The notes: generated from the letters alone by a model not told the origin. A stretch of DNA of 64,000 bases from Nitrosopumilus sp. (GCA_965205215.1 OZ242041.1:1376001-1440000), one strand, 5' to 3'; numbered from the stretch's first letter, positions 30,350 through 39,288 are shown. Translations and numbers: made by a program.

Positions 30350-31627
30350 CTACCCGTGCCCCGGATTGTACCTGAGGATGGCGCCTATCTTGCCTATGCT
30401 TGAGAGCGTGGCGCCGTGCTCGGCGGTTCCGGAGACCACCTCTATCCCGGATCCGGACTCCGCGGCGAGCAGCTGCAGGTAGTCTATTATGTCCTGGTTC
30501 CTTGTCACCGTGTCGAGCGCGTTGCACGACGGGCAGGGGTTGTTTGCAAGCGCAGTCTCTGTCGGAATCACCTCCTCTGCACTGACAACCTCTTCCCGCA
30601 TCTTGTGGCACCTGTTGCACTCTGACTCCACGCGGCGCAGCTTTGTGTCGTCGGTGATTATGACGGTCTTGACCGCCCTGTTCTTGAGGTGCGACACTAT
30701 CTCTGAGAGGCCGTAGACCCCGAGGCCACTGCGCGCGTTTATCTCCCTGATGAGGTCGTCGACAATCTTCTTCTCCTCCACCATGCGGAAGCCACTCAGT
30801 ATGTCCCCCGACTTTACAAAGGCCTCCCTGATGCCCTCTTCGCCCGAGTACGACGAGTCTATCGTGCTTATTATCATGTTCTGGAGCCTGTACTCTAGGT
30901 AGCTGCCGTTTACAAACTCCTCCTTTGTCGGGCCGGGGCCCGACACTATCAGCCCCTTTATCTTGTACGTGTCAATGAACAGCTCGCGCGTGGTCTCGGC
31001 CACGCGGTTGTAATAGTACGTAAGCTGCATCTCCCTGAGCTTTTGAAACCTCTTTGCGGACTGCCCCCCCTGCCTGTGCTTGCCTGCCACGCCCGAGCTG
31101 GTGTGCGACAGCACCTCGACCTTGCTTCCGTGCAGCAGTCCCCATCCTGCGTCCTTGGCGTCTATCGCAAGGAATCCTATCATGTTGTCGTCCTTGAGCA
31201 TGTCCTTGAGCAGGTCGACGTGAAAGTGGTTGTCGCACCTGTACAGGTACTGGTTGAGATCCTTTGGGGGGTCTATCTCCCACATCCTCACCACCTCGCT
31301 TCCAAGGGGCCCCCCGCCCTCCGGTGGAAGGGCGCCGCAGAACACGGCCAGGCCGCGCTCGGGGGTCTTTTTGTACAGCTTTAGGCGCTGCACCACCTTC
31401 TTGAGGGCGTCCACCACGTGCGTCCTGGTCGTGTCGGACTTTATGTTCTCGGCCGTCCCCTGCTCCTGCTGCAGCGTGCCTATCACGTCGTGCATCTGCT
31501 TGTTCTTTGGGATGTACACCGACACGAGCTCCGTGCCGCGCCCCGTCTTTTGCGACAGCTCCTCTAGGGCGCGGCGTATCCTGTACATCTTTACAGAGTC
31601 CTGCTTTTCGACGTCGATCTTTTTCAT
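30350..31627 (-). CDS. prf1: Peptide chain release factor aRF1
   Basis: GTELVS, NIKS, YRCDNHF, GGQSAKRF; ATG 31627. Confidence 0.96.
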   Translation of the reverse strand: MKKIDVEKQDSVKMYRIRRALEELSQKTGRGTELVSVYIPKNKQMHDVIGTLQQEQGTAENIKSDTTRTHVVDALKKVVQRLKLYKKTPERGLAVFCGALPPEGGGPLGSEVVRMWEIDPPKDLNQYLYRCDNHFHVDLLKDMLKDDNMIGFLAIDAKDAGWGLLHGSKVEVLSHTSSGVAGKHRQGGQSAKRFQKLREMQLTYYYNRVAETTRELFIDTYKIKGLIVSGPGPTKEEFVNGSYLEYRLQNMIISTIDSSYSGEEGIREAFVKSGDILSGFRMVEEKKIVDDLIREINARSGLGVYGLSEIVSHLKNRAVKTVIITDDTKLRRVESECNRCHKMREEVVSAEEVIPTETALANNPCPSCNALDTVTRNQDIIDYLQLLAAESGSGIEVVSGTAEHGATLSSIGKIGAILRYNPGHG

Positions 31628-31751
31628 TACACGCGCCTCCGCCCGTAGGTTATTAAATTTCATGAATCCGCGCAAGACGGCGTCTGCAACCGCGATCATT
31701 GCCGCCGCCGCCACCACCATGCGCCTGTGGCCCCGGCATGCCGTCACGGGG

Positions 31752-32429
31752 TCAGTTCTGCAGCAGCCCCTCTATGGCGCCCACAAAGACTTCCTGCGGC
31801 TGGTTTCCCCTTATCTTTACCACGTTCTTGTCGTCAAATATCATAAACGACGGGGTTGCGTCAATCCCGATGTCCTGGCCCGCCCTGTACGATTCTGCGA
31901 CCGCGTCCCTGTGCCTCCCTGACTCCATGCACCTCTCAAACTCCGAGATGTCAAGCCCCGCCGACTCTGCAAACGTGCCGAGGGCCTCGGCCGTTATCCA
32001 GCCCGTCTTCTCGCCGCCCCAGTTGCGGTACAGCATGTCGTGGTATTCCCAGTATCTGGACTGCTCTGCAGCGCACCTGGAGGCCTCCGCGGCGAGCGCC
32101 GAGTCGGGGCCGTTGAGCGCAAAGTCCTTGAATACGAGGCGCACCTTGCCGGTCTCCACGTACGAGTCTTTGATGTGCTGCAGCGTGCCTTCGTGGAACA
32201 GGTAGCAGTATGTGCACTGATAGTCGCCCCATTCCACCATGGTAACCTCGGCCGCCGCGTCCCCGAGCGCCGGCGAGCCGCCGGCAGTCAGGACGGACGC
32301 AGTAAGGGCGTGACCGGCGCCCGCATCTTGGGCGCCGCCGGCCGGTGACTCGTACGCTTGTGATACAAACGCGCCTAGCGCAATCCCCAGTGTTACGGGT
32401 ATTGCGAGGAACATCAGTCCTGTACTCAT
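31752..32429 (-). CDS. DsbA-family thiol-disulfide oxidoreductase, membrane-anchored
   Basis: TM segment, GDYQCTYC, GIDATPSF cis-Pro loop; ATG 32429. Confidence 0.9.
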   Translation of the reverse strand: MSTGLMFLAIPVTLGIALGAFVSQAYESPAGGAQDAGAGHALTASVLTAGGSPALGDAAAEVTMVEWGDYQCTYCYLFHEGTLQHIKDSYVETGKVRLVFKDFALNGPDSALAAEASRCAAEQSRYWEYHDMLYRNWGGEKTGWITAEALGTFAESAGLDISEFERCMESGRHRDAVAESYRAGQDIGIDATPSFMIFDDKNVVKIRGNQPQEVFVGAIEGLLQN

Positions 32430-32574
32430 TGGTGGGCGCGACACGGGGGCGTGAATTAACTGTTTTTGGCTGCATCCCTGTACAGTTCGGTCGCTCTCTT
32501 CACTTCCCTCTCTTATCGGGCGCTCGTGTGGTTCGCGCCGGTTGGCGAATCCATGTGGAGAGGTGTACAAGCCT

Positions 32575-32591
32575 TTGGGTATCTGTTCCAA
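32575..32591. promoter_or_regulatory. Second candidate TTGG-N9-CCAA operator
   Basis: TTGGGTATCTGTTCCAA; its reverse complement matches the 33363 site at 11/17 positions and is likewise followed by GGCTT. Confidence 0.4.
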
Positions 32592-32721
32592 TAGGCAATA
32601 TCGGCCTTGTCCAAAAACAGGCGCCGCTCCGGTCCAATAACAGCAAAGTCTAGAAAAGGCGGGAATGGGAGCATTCTTGTGTCCATCGGCACGTACACGC
32701 ACCCCTGTCATACGTGCAGGA

Positions 32722-33348
32722 TCAGGCCAGGGTGCGCAGCGCGGAGTTTTTGGCTGCAAGCTCTGCGGCAAACGGATCAGGCCCTGACGCGATTATTACA
32801 ACATCGCCTTCTTGAGGGCCAAGGGAGCCAAGGGTGCGGTGCAGCCCTGCATGGAGCTCAAGCGTACCAGTCTGCTCTCCGGGAAATGAAAAACTGCCAT
32901 TGCAAAAGACAAGCGTCAGTACGACAGAGGCGCCGTACATGATTGCAAAATCTCTCTGCTCAATGCCGGTCCGGACCAGTGAGGCACACCCCCGTACCAG
33001 GACGGCATGCCCATGCAAGTCTCCTAGGATCGCGGACTTTACGGGTACCTCGCACGAGATGACGGCGGCAAGGGATTTTGCCAGTACTGTGCCGTCGGGA
33101 GTAAGGTATGTGCCAGAGCGGATCGAGTCTGCCAATCCGCGTGCCTTGAGCCGTCGTATCATTGTCTTTACCGCGCCCTCGCCAAGATGAAGGGCACCAC
33201 AAAAGGAATTGCGGCTTACAAATCGGTCCTGCTGTAACAGTTGCAGTGCCTTGAAGACGTGCGGCACGCCAAATGTGAGCGGCCTAGTCTGGCCTTTTGC
33301 AGACGCGATATCCTCCAACTGTTTGACATGCTCTGGGTTCTGGGCCAT
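32722..33348 (-). CDS. Winged-HTH protein (DUF4443/DUF2111-like), putative regulator
   Basis: LTFGVPHVFKAL, LHLGEGAVKT HTH, GIEQRDFAI..GA; ATG 33348. Confidence 0.75.
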   Translation of the reverse strand: MAQNPEHVKQLEDIASAKGQTRPLTFGVPHVFKALQLLQQDRFVSRNSFCGALHLGEGAVKTMIRRLKARGLADSIRSGTYLTPDGTVLAKSLAAVISCEVPVKSAILGDLHGHAVLVRGCASLVRTGIEQRDFAIMYGASVVLTLVFCNGSFSFPGEQTGTLELHAGLHRTLGSLGPQEGDVVIIASGPDPFAAELAAKNSALRTLA

Positions 33349-33354
33349 CTTTGA

Positions 33355-33390
33355 TTTATAAATTGGATGTTGTATCCAAGGCTTTAAATA
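33355..33390. promoter_or_regulatory. Divergent promoter: TATA TTTATAAA (33355-33362), palindrome TTGGAT-N5-ATCCAA (33363-33379), TATA TTTAAATA (33383-33390)
   Basis: Read directly between the HTH gene and the cbt genes. Confidence 0.65.
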
Positions 33391-33412
33391 AGTTCCGTAC
33401 AGGGTCGTGCAT

Positions 33413-33568
33413 ATGTCTGGAACCAAAGCAGCAACGACATTCGCGTGTACGGTGTCAAAGTCTGTACCGGTTGCGCTAGCAAGCAACCGTTCGGCCCGTC
33501 TCGGGTTCGGGCACGGATTTGGCCATCCGTTTTGCGGCGTAGGCATAGGGGGCGAACGGTTGCTATGA
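33413..33568 (+). CDS. 51-aa upstream ORF (leader peptide or decayed CbtB-like gene); its stop overlaps the cbtB start (ATGA)
   Basis: MSGTKAATTFACTVSKSVPVALASNRSARLGFGHGFGHPFCGVGIGGERLL; ATG about 23 nt after the TATA box. Confidence 0.4.
   Translation: MSGTKAATTFACTVSKSVPVALASNRSARLGFGHGFGHPFCGVGIGGERLL
33468..33564 (+). promoter_or_regulatory. Candidate structured RNA leader upstream of cbtB
   Basis: 12-bp perfect stem 33482-33493/33553-33564 enclosing hairpins 33494-33512 and 33513-33530; competing stem 33468-33474/33483-33489. Confidence 0.45.
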
Positions 33569-33777
33569 GACAAGAGCAAATAACAAGTACGGCCAGCAAG
33601 CCTCCGGTGCTTGCAATTGCACTGCTTGCTGTCGTCTTTGCGTTCGGCCTATTCGTCGTAGGATTTGACCAAGGACATCTCTTTAGCATAGTCCAGGGGG
33701 CAGAGGCTTTTGATGAGCTCTACCTTCACGAGCTGACCCACGATATGCGACATGCGGCCGGGTTCCCTTGTCATTAG
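33565..33777 (+). CDS. cbtB: CbtB-type cobalt transporter subunit
   Basis: One TM helix, GFDQGH, C-terminal HELTHDMRHAAGFPCH signature. Confidence 0.9.
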   Translation: MRQEQITSTASKPPVLAIALLAVVFAFGLFVVGFDQGHLFSIVQGAEAFDELYLHELTHDMRHAAGFPCH

Positions 33778-33787
33778 GTGGAAGACC

Positions 33788-34525
33788 GTGAAGGCTCTTC
33801 TTTTTGTCTTCATTGTATTGGTTTCTGGGGCACTGGCCGGAACAATTCACGGGATAGCAAACCTTGCAATAGTGGAGCCGTATCTTGACGAGGCCATAGG
33901 AATTGAAAACCAGAATCTCTTTACGTCAGGCGAGGAGGAAGACACGCCCGAATTTTGGACGTCGTACAACGCATATCGCGACTGGCAAAAGGGCGGGCAG
34001 GTTTTGGCCGGCGCAATACTGGGCACGTCCATAGGCGCCCTGTTTGGGATAGTCTATGCGTTCTCAAGACGGGCACTGCCTGGAGATACGGATGTAAAGA
34101 AGGCAGTCCTGCTTGCCGGAATTATGTGGTGCACGCTATATCTGATTCCCTTCCTAAAGTACCCTGCAAACCCCCCGACTGTCGGAGACGGGGAGACTGT
34201 GGTCCTGAGGGCGGTCCTGTACCTGTCTTTTATTGCAATCTCGGGATTTGGCGCAGTGGGATTCTATCAAGTGTACAGGCGCCTGCGACAAAACACCCGG
34301 GTACTGGCATTTGTAGGATACGCAGCATTCATCGGGACGGTGTTTGTCTTAATGCCCGACAACCCCGACGAAGTGACGGCCCCGATGGATTTGGTAAACG
34401 GGTTCAGGGCGGCATCCGTGGTGGCAGTAACCATCTTTTGGGCATCTGCGGCGGTAATTTTGGGCATGTTGTGGCACAGACTACGGCCCGATTCTGAGAT
34501 ATTCTCAAAAAGCCAGAGTGGATGA
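33788..34525 (+). CDS. cbtA: CbtA-type cobalt transporter subunit
   Basis: EPYLDEAIGIE, PFLKYPANPPTVG, FRAAS...FW; multiple TM segments; directly after cbtB. Confidence 0.88.
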   Translation: MKALLFVFIVLVSGALAGTIHGIANLAIVEPYLDEAIGIENQNLFTSGEEEDTPEFWTSYNAYRDWQKGGQVLAGAILGTSIGALFGIVYAFSRRALPGDTDVKKAVLLAGIMWCTLYLIPFLKYPANPPTVGDGETVVLRAVLYLSFIAISGFGAVGFYQVYRRLRQNTRVLAFVGYAAFIGTVFVLMPDNPDEVTAPMDLVNGFRAASVVAVTIFWASAAVILGMLWHRLRPDSEIFSKSQSG

Positions 34526-34575
34526 TTCGCTCCGGCCCGTGGTGCGGCAAGCCTGTGCACAGTTCTGTGCTAGGG

Positions 34576-34844
34576 CCAAAGTAACCGCGTAACCCCGCAC
34601 AAGGCGGCTCGGGGCCAGGCAATCGGTGCTGGCAGGTGCGGCGCGCTATGCGGCGTTCGCGGACGTATTGCTGTTTGCAATGCCACAGAATCCGGATCCA
34701 GAGCCGGGCCTAGACGGCGCCCCGCTTGACGGGTTCAGGGCCGCGCCGATCGCGTCCGCGGCGTCCTTCTGGGCCGCGGCGTGCATGACGCCGGGAACAC
34801 TGTGGCCTCTCCGCAACCGCTGGGCGCCCGTGCAATCCAGTTGA
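34576..34844 (+). pseudogene. Decayed fragment of a second cbtA
   Basis: PK*PRNP (intact LKYPANP) and YAAFADVLLFAMPQNPD...DGFRAA.IAS..FWAA...GTLW align with the CbtA C-terminal half; in-frame stop, frame change and internal deletion. Confidence 0.75.
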
Positions 34845-34913
34845 AATATTGATTCTGATTCCATATATTGAGAATTGGACAATCCGCTTAAATAGATTCC
34901 ACACCATGCATAC

Positions 34914-35243
34914 GTGTTGCCAAAATTCACCCTGCCGCAGCTGAAAAAGTACGACGTAAACCAGAAGGTGATTCTGGCGCTCGCCGACGCCGAGTCGAGG
35001 GCCATCCTGTTCTCCATAACCAAAAAGTCAAAGTCCGCGCCGGAGCTTGCGGGCCGGCTGCGCATACCGCTCAGCTCCGTCTACAAAAAGCTGTCCGAGC
35101 TGCAGGCCCTGACGCTGATCGAGGTTGAAAGGACCGTCCTGTCTGACAGGGGCAGGCGGCTGAAGATGTACCGCAGCCGGATCAAGAGGGCCGACATATC
35201 CATAGGCAAGCCCGAGCCCGTGCTTACCCTGGTGCCCAACTAG
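34914..35243 (+). CDS. ArsR-like winged-HTH transcriptional regulator
   Basis: ALADAESRAIL, IPLSSVYKKL, GRRLKMYRSRI; TTAAATA upstream. Confidence 0.85.
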   Translation: MLPKFTLPQLKKYDVNQKVILALADAESRAILFSITKKSKSAPELAGRLRIPLSSVYKKLSELQALTLIEVERTVLSDRGRRLKMYRSRIKRADISIGKPEPVLTLVPN

Positions 35244-35254
35244 GTGCGTGAGAA

Positions 35255-35608
35255 TTGTCAAAGCCCGGAATCATAGAGCTCTCCGAAGTGGACGTCACGC
35301 AGAAGATGATGGAGGCGCTCAGCAACGTCTGCATAAGGTCCGTGCTGTTTGCGGTCCGGGAGCGCTCAAAGGACGCGGCCGAGGTGGCCCGCGAGCTGAA
35401 CCTGTCCGCGTCGACTGTGTACAAGTCGTTTGCGACGCTCGAGTACCTGGCCCTGGCCGAGGTCGACAGGTTTGACATATCGCCGGAGGGAAAGAAGATC
35501 AAGATGTACCGCAGCCGCATAGGCAAGGTGGAGATAACCATAGACGGCCACGAGCCCGTCCTCAACATATACCCGAACACCTCAAACCCAAAGCAAAAGT
35601 CCGGTTAG
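35255..35608 (+). CDS. ArsR-like winged-HTH regulator, paralog of the preceding gene
   Basis: LSASTVYKS, GKKIKMYRSRI. Confidence 0.85.
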   Translation: MSKPGIIELSEVDVTQKMMEALSNVCIRSVLFAVRERSKDAAEVARELNLSASTVYKSFATLEYLALAEVDRFDISPEGKKIKMYRSRIGKVEITIDGHEPVLNIYPNTSNPKQKSG

Positions 35609-35655
35609 TGGCGGCAGCGGCAGAATAGTCGCCGTCGCCGTCGCCGTCGCCGTTG

Positions 35656-36696
35656 TCACGTGGTCACGTCGCCGAGCCTGCCTGCCTCCGACGCCTGCCT
35701 TATCTCGCGGGCTATGCGCCTTCCCATGCTCATGGGCTCGCCGTACAGGAGTGAGTAGTAGGGCGAGCCGTCCATGTAGATGTTGGTGCCTGCCACTATC
35801 CTTGCCGAGAACTCAAAGGACGTGAATTTCGCGTCCTCGTCGTATACGCCCTCGATGCAGAACGGCCCGTTCATCCCGGGCGGCACCGCGTCGCGCGAGG
35901 CGCTTACAAACCTCTCGCCCATGGCGTACGCCTCCTCGAGCAGGGACTCGCGTAGCACGATCGGCGTGTTTCCTATCACGTTGAATGATGGCACGTCGGA
36001 GACGCCTCCAGCAAGCTGCTCTTTTGCGGGGACCCGGGCCAGCCCCTCTATGTCCGACTCGTGCCTCTGGTCGGCCCCGAAGAACTCTATGTCGCCGCGC
36101 AGGGGCGAGTAAAAGAACTGCAGGTATGCAAGCACCCCCGACGCGTACCTCTGTATGTAGAGCGGCTCGTCTGCTGATATGGTGCCGCTCTTGACAAGCG
36201 TGTCGCGCTTTGCACTGTAGTCGTCCGCGCTTGCCGCGATAAAGTATCCCTTGCCGCCCGCGGCTCCCTGCCGCTTTACTATTGCCGCCCCGTCGATGTC
36301 CTCGGGGGTGGATATGGGGTCCGGCATCCTCAGGTCGGCCCTTCGCATGAGCTCCTCCTTCATGGAGCGGTCCGATTCCCACCGCAGAATCCACTTGTTT
36401 CCGAACACGGGCGTCTTGATGGACTCTATCTCGTCTGAGCTCATCTGCGCGATCAGGGTGCCGTGGGGAATCAGCACCGCGTTGGATTCCCGCAGTCGGT
36501 CTTGGCAGGGCTCGGCAAGTATCTCTCGAAACGAGTCGACTGTGATCATGTCGTCTATGAACGGGAACCTTCTGTAGAGGCGCTCGCGCCTCTTTTCGCA
36601 CACGAGGACGGTCCTGAGCCCCTCGTCGCTTGCGCCCTTTAGCACCTGCAGCGCGCAGTGCGAGCCCAGGGTTGCCACGGAGACGGGCTCTGCCAT
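35656..36696 (-). CDS. purP: PurP-family ATP-grasp ligase (FAICAR synthetase)
   Basis: LGSHCALQ, GGKGYF, GNTPIVLRESLL, GPFCIE, FEFSARIVAGTN, MSMGRRIARE. Confidence 0.9.
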   Translation of the reverse strand: MAEPVSVATLGSHCALQVLKGASDEGLRTVLVCEKRRERLYRRFPFIDDMITVDSFREILAEPCQDRLRESNAVLIPHGTLIAQMSSDEIESIKTPVFGNKWILRWESDRSMKEELMRRADLRMPDPISTPEDIDGAAIVKRQGAAGGKGYFIAASADDYSAKRDTLVKSGTISADEPLYIQRYASGVLAYLQFFYSPLRGDIEFFGADQRHESDIEGLARVPAKEQLAGGVSDVPSFNVIGNTPIVLRESLLEEAYAMGERFVSASRDAVPPGMNGPFCIEGVYDEDAKFTSFEFSARIVAGTNIYMDGSPYYSLLYGEPMSMGRRIAREIRQASEAGRLGDVTT

Positions 36697-36718
36697 GAGC
36701 GCGGTGCGCCTGCATGTC

Positions 36719-36925
36719 TTATGAATTGTGGGCTAGCGTTACGGACTCGAATACCTCGTCTATCATGTCGGACGTCATGCCGTCCCTGTGCGCGGCCGGA
36801 ACCGCATCGAGCACGAATCCGTACATGTTGCTCCCGTCCGGCAGCTCGCCGCGCTCGCTGAGTATGGAGTATACCGCTATTGCGTTTGCGACCAGGGCTA
36901 TCGTGGTTTCGCGATCAGTCAGCAT
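36719..36925 (-). CDS. Small conserved hypothetical protein
   Basis: 68-aa ORF with natural composition upstream of purP; ATTAAATT about 25 nt upstream. Confidence 0.7.
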   Translation of the reverse strand: MLTDRETTIALVANAIAVYSILSERGELPDGSNMYGFVLDAVPAAHRDGMTSDMIDEVFESVTLAHNS

Positions 36926-37026
36926 GCGGGGGCTCTGGCACCGCGTAATTTAATCAGATCGCGGCATGTGGCTTGCGTGCAGTACGGAGGTGACGCCGTC
37001 ACAGTTGTTGCTGCTGCTACCGGCGA

Positions 37027-37245
37027 TCATAGCGCCGCGCCGGCGCCGCGCTCGCCCAGATCTGGCGCGTGGAGCGCGTGGACTGCGCCATGGCCGGCAT
37101 GGTGCGGTGTTGAGAGGGCCTGCGGCGCGTGGGGCATCTCCACGTCGTGACTCTCAAAGTTGCCCGGGTCCTGCGAGTAGTGATAGCCTACGTATGCGCC
37201 TGCGATGATAAAGGTGGCGATGACCAAGCCGATAAGCACGTCCAA
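37027..37245 (-). CDS. Small single-TM protein with a His-rich tail
   Basis: TTG start, MDVLIGLVIATFIIAGAYVGY, then 8 His in about 40 aa; TTATAA near 37270. Confidence 0.6.
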   Translation of the reverse strand: MDVLIGLVIATFIIAGAYVGYHYSQDPGNFESHDVEMPHAPQALSTPHHAGHGAVHALHAPDLGERGAGAAL

Positions 37246-37485
37246 TACGCCGTTGCTGCGGAGGTGCTCATTATAAGGATTCGCGCACGGCGGCGTGGCG
37301 CAGCATGCCGTAACGTGGTGCCGCGGGCCGGCGATCCCGCCCGCGCCGGACGGGTGGGCGGACTTGCGTTTTTTGAACGCGCGCAGTCCTGCGGCCTGCA
37401 GGCCGCCTCCCTGCGCCGAAGCACGGTCTGGGCGCATCCCCCCGCCGTGACAAAAACTAATTAGCTCTCGTGCCGCACGCACGAC

Positions 37486-38847
37486 ATGGCGATCTCAAGT
37501 GATCTCGGAGGCCTGAGGCGCACGCACTACTCCTCGGATCTTTCAGAGGAAATGGACGGGCAGGACGTGACCGTCATGGGGTGGCTTTTGACCGTCCGCG
37601 GGCACGGCGGCATCACGTTTGCGACCATATGCGACAGGGACGGGGAGGTCCCGATAGTCGCAAAAAAGGGAGGGGAGTGCCCCGACGAGGTGCGCGAGGC
37701 ACTGTCGTCGCTCAAGGCGCACTCCTCCGTGGCCGTCCGCGGGACACTGAGGGCCTCACCAAGGGCGCCCCGCGGCTTTGAGGTCGTCCCTGCAGAGCTC
37801 CGAATATTCTCAAGCGTGCAGAAGATACCTCCGTTTGAGCCCGTCGCAAAGACCGTCAAGAACATCGACACCCGGCTGGAGGCCAGGCCCATAGACCTGC
37901 GCAGGTCCGTGCTGCAGCACACCTTCAAGATGCGCAGCCGCATACTGCGCGCCGTCCGGGACTATTTTGAGCGCGAGGGGTTCATAGAGATAAACACCCC
38001 CAAGATAATATCGAGCGCGACGGAGGGCGGGGCCGCACTCTTCTCGATATTCTATTATGACAAGCCCGCGTTTTTGGCGCAGAGCCCGCAGCTTTACAAG
38101 GAGCAGCTCACAATGAGCTTTGAGAAGGTGTTTGAAATCGCCCCGATATTCAGGGCCGAGGCCTCCCGGACGCCGCGCCACCTCTCTGAGGCGATATCCA
38201 TAGACCTGGAGGAGGCGTTTGTGGACTACAACGATGTGATGGACCGTATAGCGTCCCTGATAAGGGCGTCTGCGGACGCCGCGCGCTCATACCTGGAGGG
38301 GGCCAAGAAGATCGCGGACGGGGATGTCCCCATCGAGGTCCCCGAGGTTTCTGATTCCATACCGCGCCACACGTACAGCAGCTTGGTCGACAGGCTGCAG
38401 GATGCCGGGGCAAAGACGCAGTGGGGCGACGATCTCTACCCGTCCGACCTCAAAAGGCTCGGACTGGACGGGTTCTATTTTATCGTGGACTGGCCGCTCG
38501 GACCGAAGCCGTTTTACGTAAAAGAGTCCGAAGGGGAAGCCGGCGGCGCCGGTGACAAACAGCAACAGCAGCGCATCTCCGAGTCGTTTGATCTGATGTA
38601 CGGTGAGCTGGAGATATCCTCTGGCAGCACGCGTATCGGGAGGCGGGATGACCTGGAGTCGCGCATGAGGGCAAAGGGCATGAACGTCGACTCTTTCGGG
38701 TACCATCTGGGCGCGTTCGACTACGGCGTGCCCCCCCACGCGGGATGCGGCATCGGGCTTGAGAGGCTCCTCATGGCGCTCACGGGAACCGCTAACATCA
38801 GGGATGCGACGTTTTACCCGCGGGACGTCGACCGGCTCGTGCCGTGA
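37486..38847 (+). CDS. aspS: Aspartyl-tRNA synthetase, non-discriminating type
   Basis: ATEGGA, LAQSPQLYK, FRAE, PPHAGCGIGLERL, YPRD; RGHGG His and RAPRG Pro are typical of ND-AspRS. Confidence 0.96.
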   Translation: MAISSDLGGLRRTHYSSDLSEEMDGQDVTVMGWLLTVRGHGGITFATICDRDGEVPIVAKKGGECPDEVREALSSLKAHSSVAVRGTLRASPRAPRGFEVVPAELRIFSSVQKIPPFEPVAKTVKNIDTRLEARPIDLRRSVLQHTFKMRSRILRAVRDYFEREGFIEINTPKIISSATEGGAALFSIFYYDKPAFLAQSPQLYKEQLTMSFEKVFEIAPIFRAEASRTPRHLSEAISIDLEEAFVDYNDVMDRIASLIRASADAARSYLEGAKKIADGDVPIEVPEVSDSIPRHTYSSLVDRLQDAGAKTQWGDDLYPSDLKRLGLDGFYFIVDWPLGPKPFYVKESEGEAGGAGDKQQQQRISESFDLMYGELEISSGSTRIGRRDDLESRMRAKGMNVDSFGYHLGAFDYGVPPHAGCGIGLERLLMALTGTANIRDATFYPRDVDRLVP

Positions 38848-39015
38848 ACTGGGATGGTTTGAGGGGATGGCTATGTGGATTACGGCGGCGTCCGGCATGC
38901 AGCGCGCCGCGATGTTTGAAGTTACGGCGGCAGCGCCGGCTCGTGACGATCCGGGTGACACGGCGCCTGGGGGAACCGGCGCCCCCGAGACGCGCATGCG
39001 GGGGGCGTCATAGGG

Positions 39016-39231
39016 ATGGAACTGGCGTCGCGGCGGCTGCCTCTGATGATAATAGGCGTGCTGCTTGCCATACTCGTGGTGCAATACGTGGCAAACACGT
39101 CTGATGGGCCCGCCACCAAACTGATTGATCCTGCCACCTGCCAGATCTACGAGCCCACCCCGGGGGGCGGCAAGTCATACCTGGACGAGTTTGACCAAAA
39201 GTGCCTTGACCTGCGGGCCCTTGCCCCGTAG
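39016..39231 (+). CDS. Small membrane-anchored protein with two Cys
   Basis: TM helix followed by LIDPATC...FDQKCLD. Confidence 0.65.
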   Translation: MELASRRLPLMIIGVLLAILVVQYVANTSDGPATKLIDPATCQIYEPTPGGGKSYLDEFDQKCLDLRALAP

Positions 39232-39288
39232 GCCCCGGCACGCATGCCGCCAAGATTAATAACGACTCTGGTCATACCACAGTCCGGA

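Noticed and set aside
33390-33564. Canonical cobalamin riboswitch
   Set aside because: The consensus elements (GGGAA...GGTG, GCCCCCGC, CCACTG..GGGAAG, AGYCAGRAGACC) are not recognisable; the region is kept only as a non-canonical candidate.
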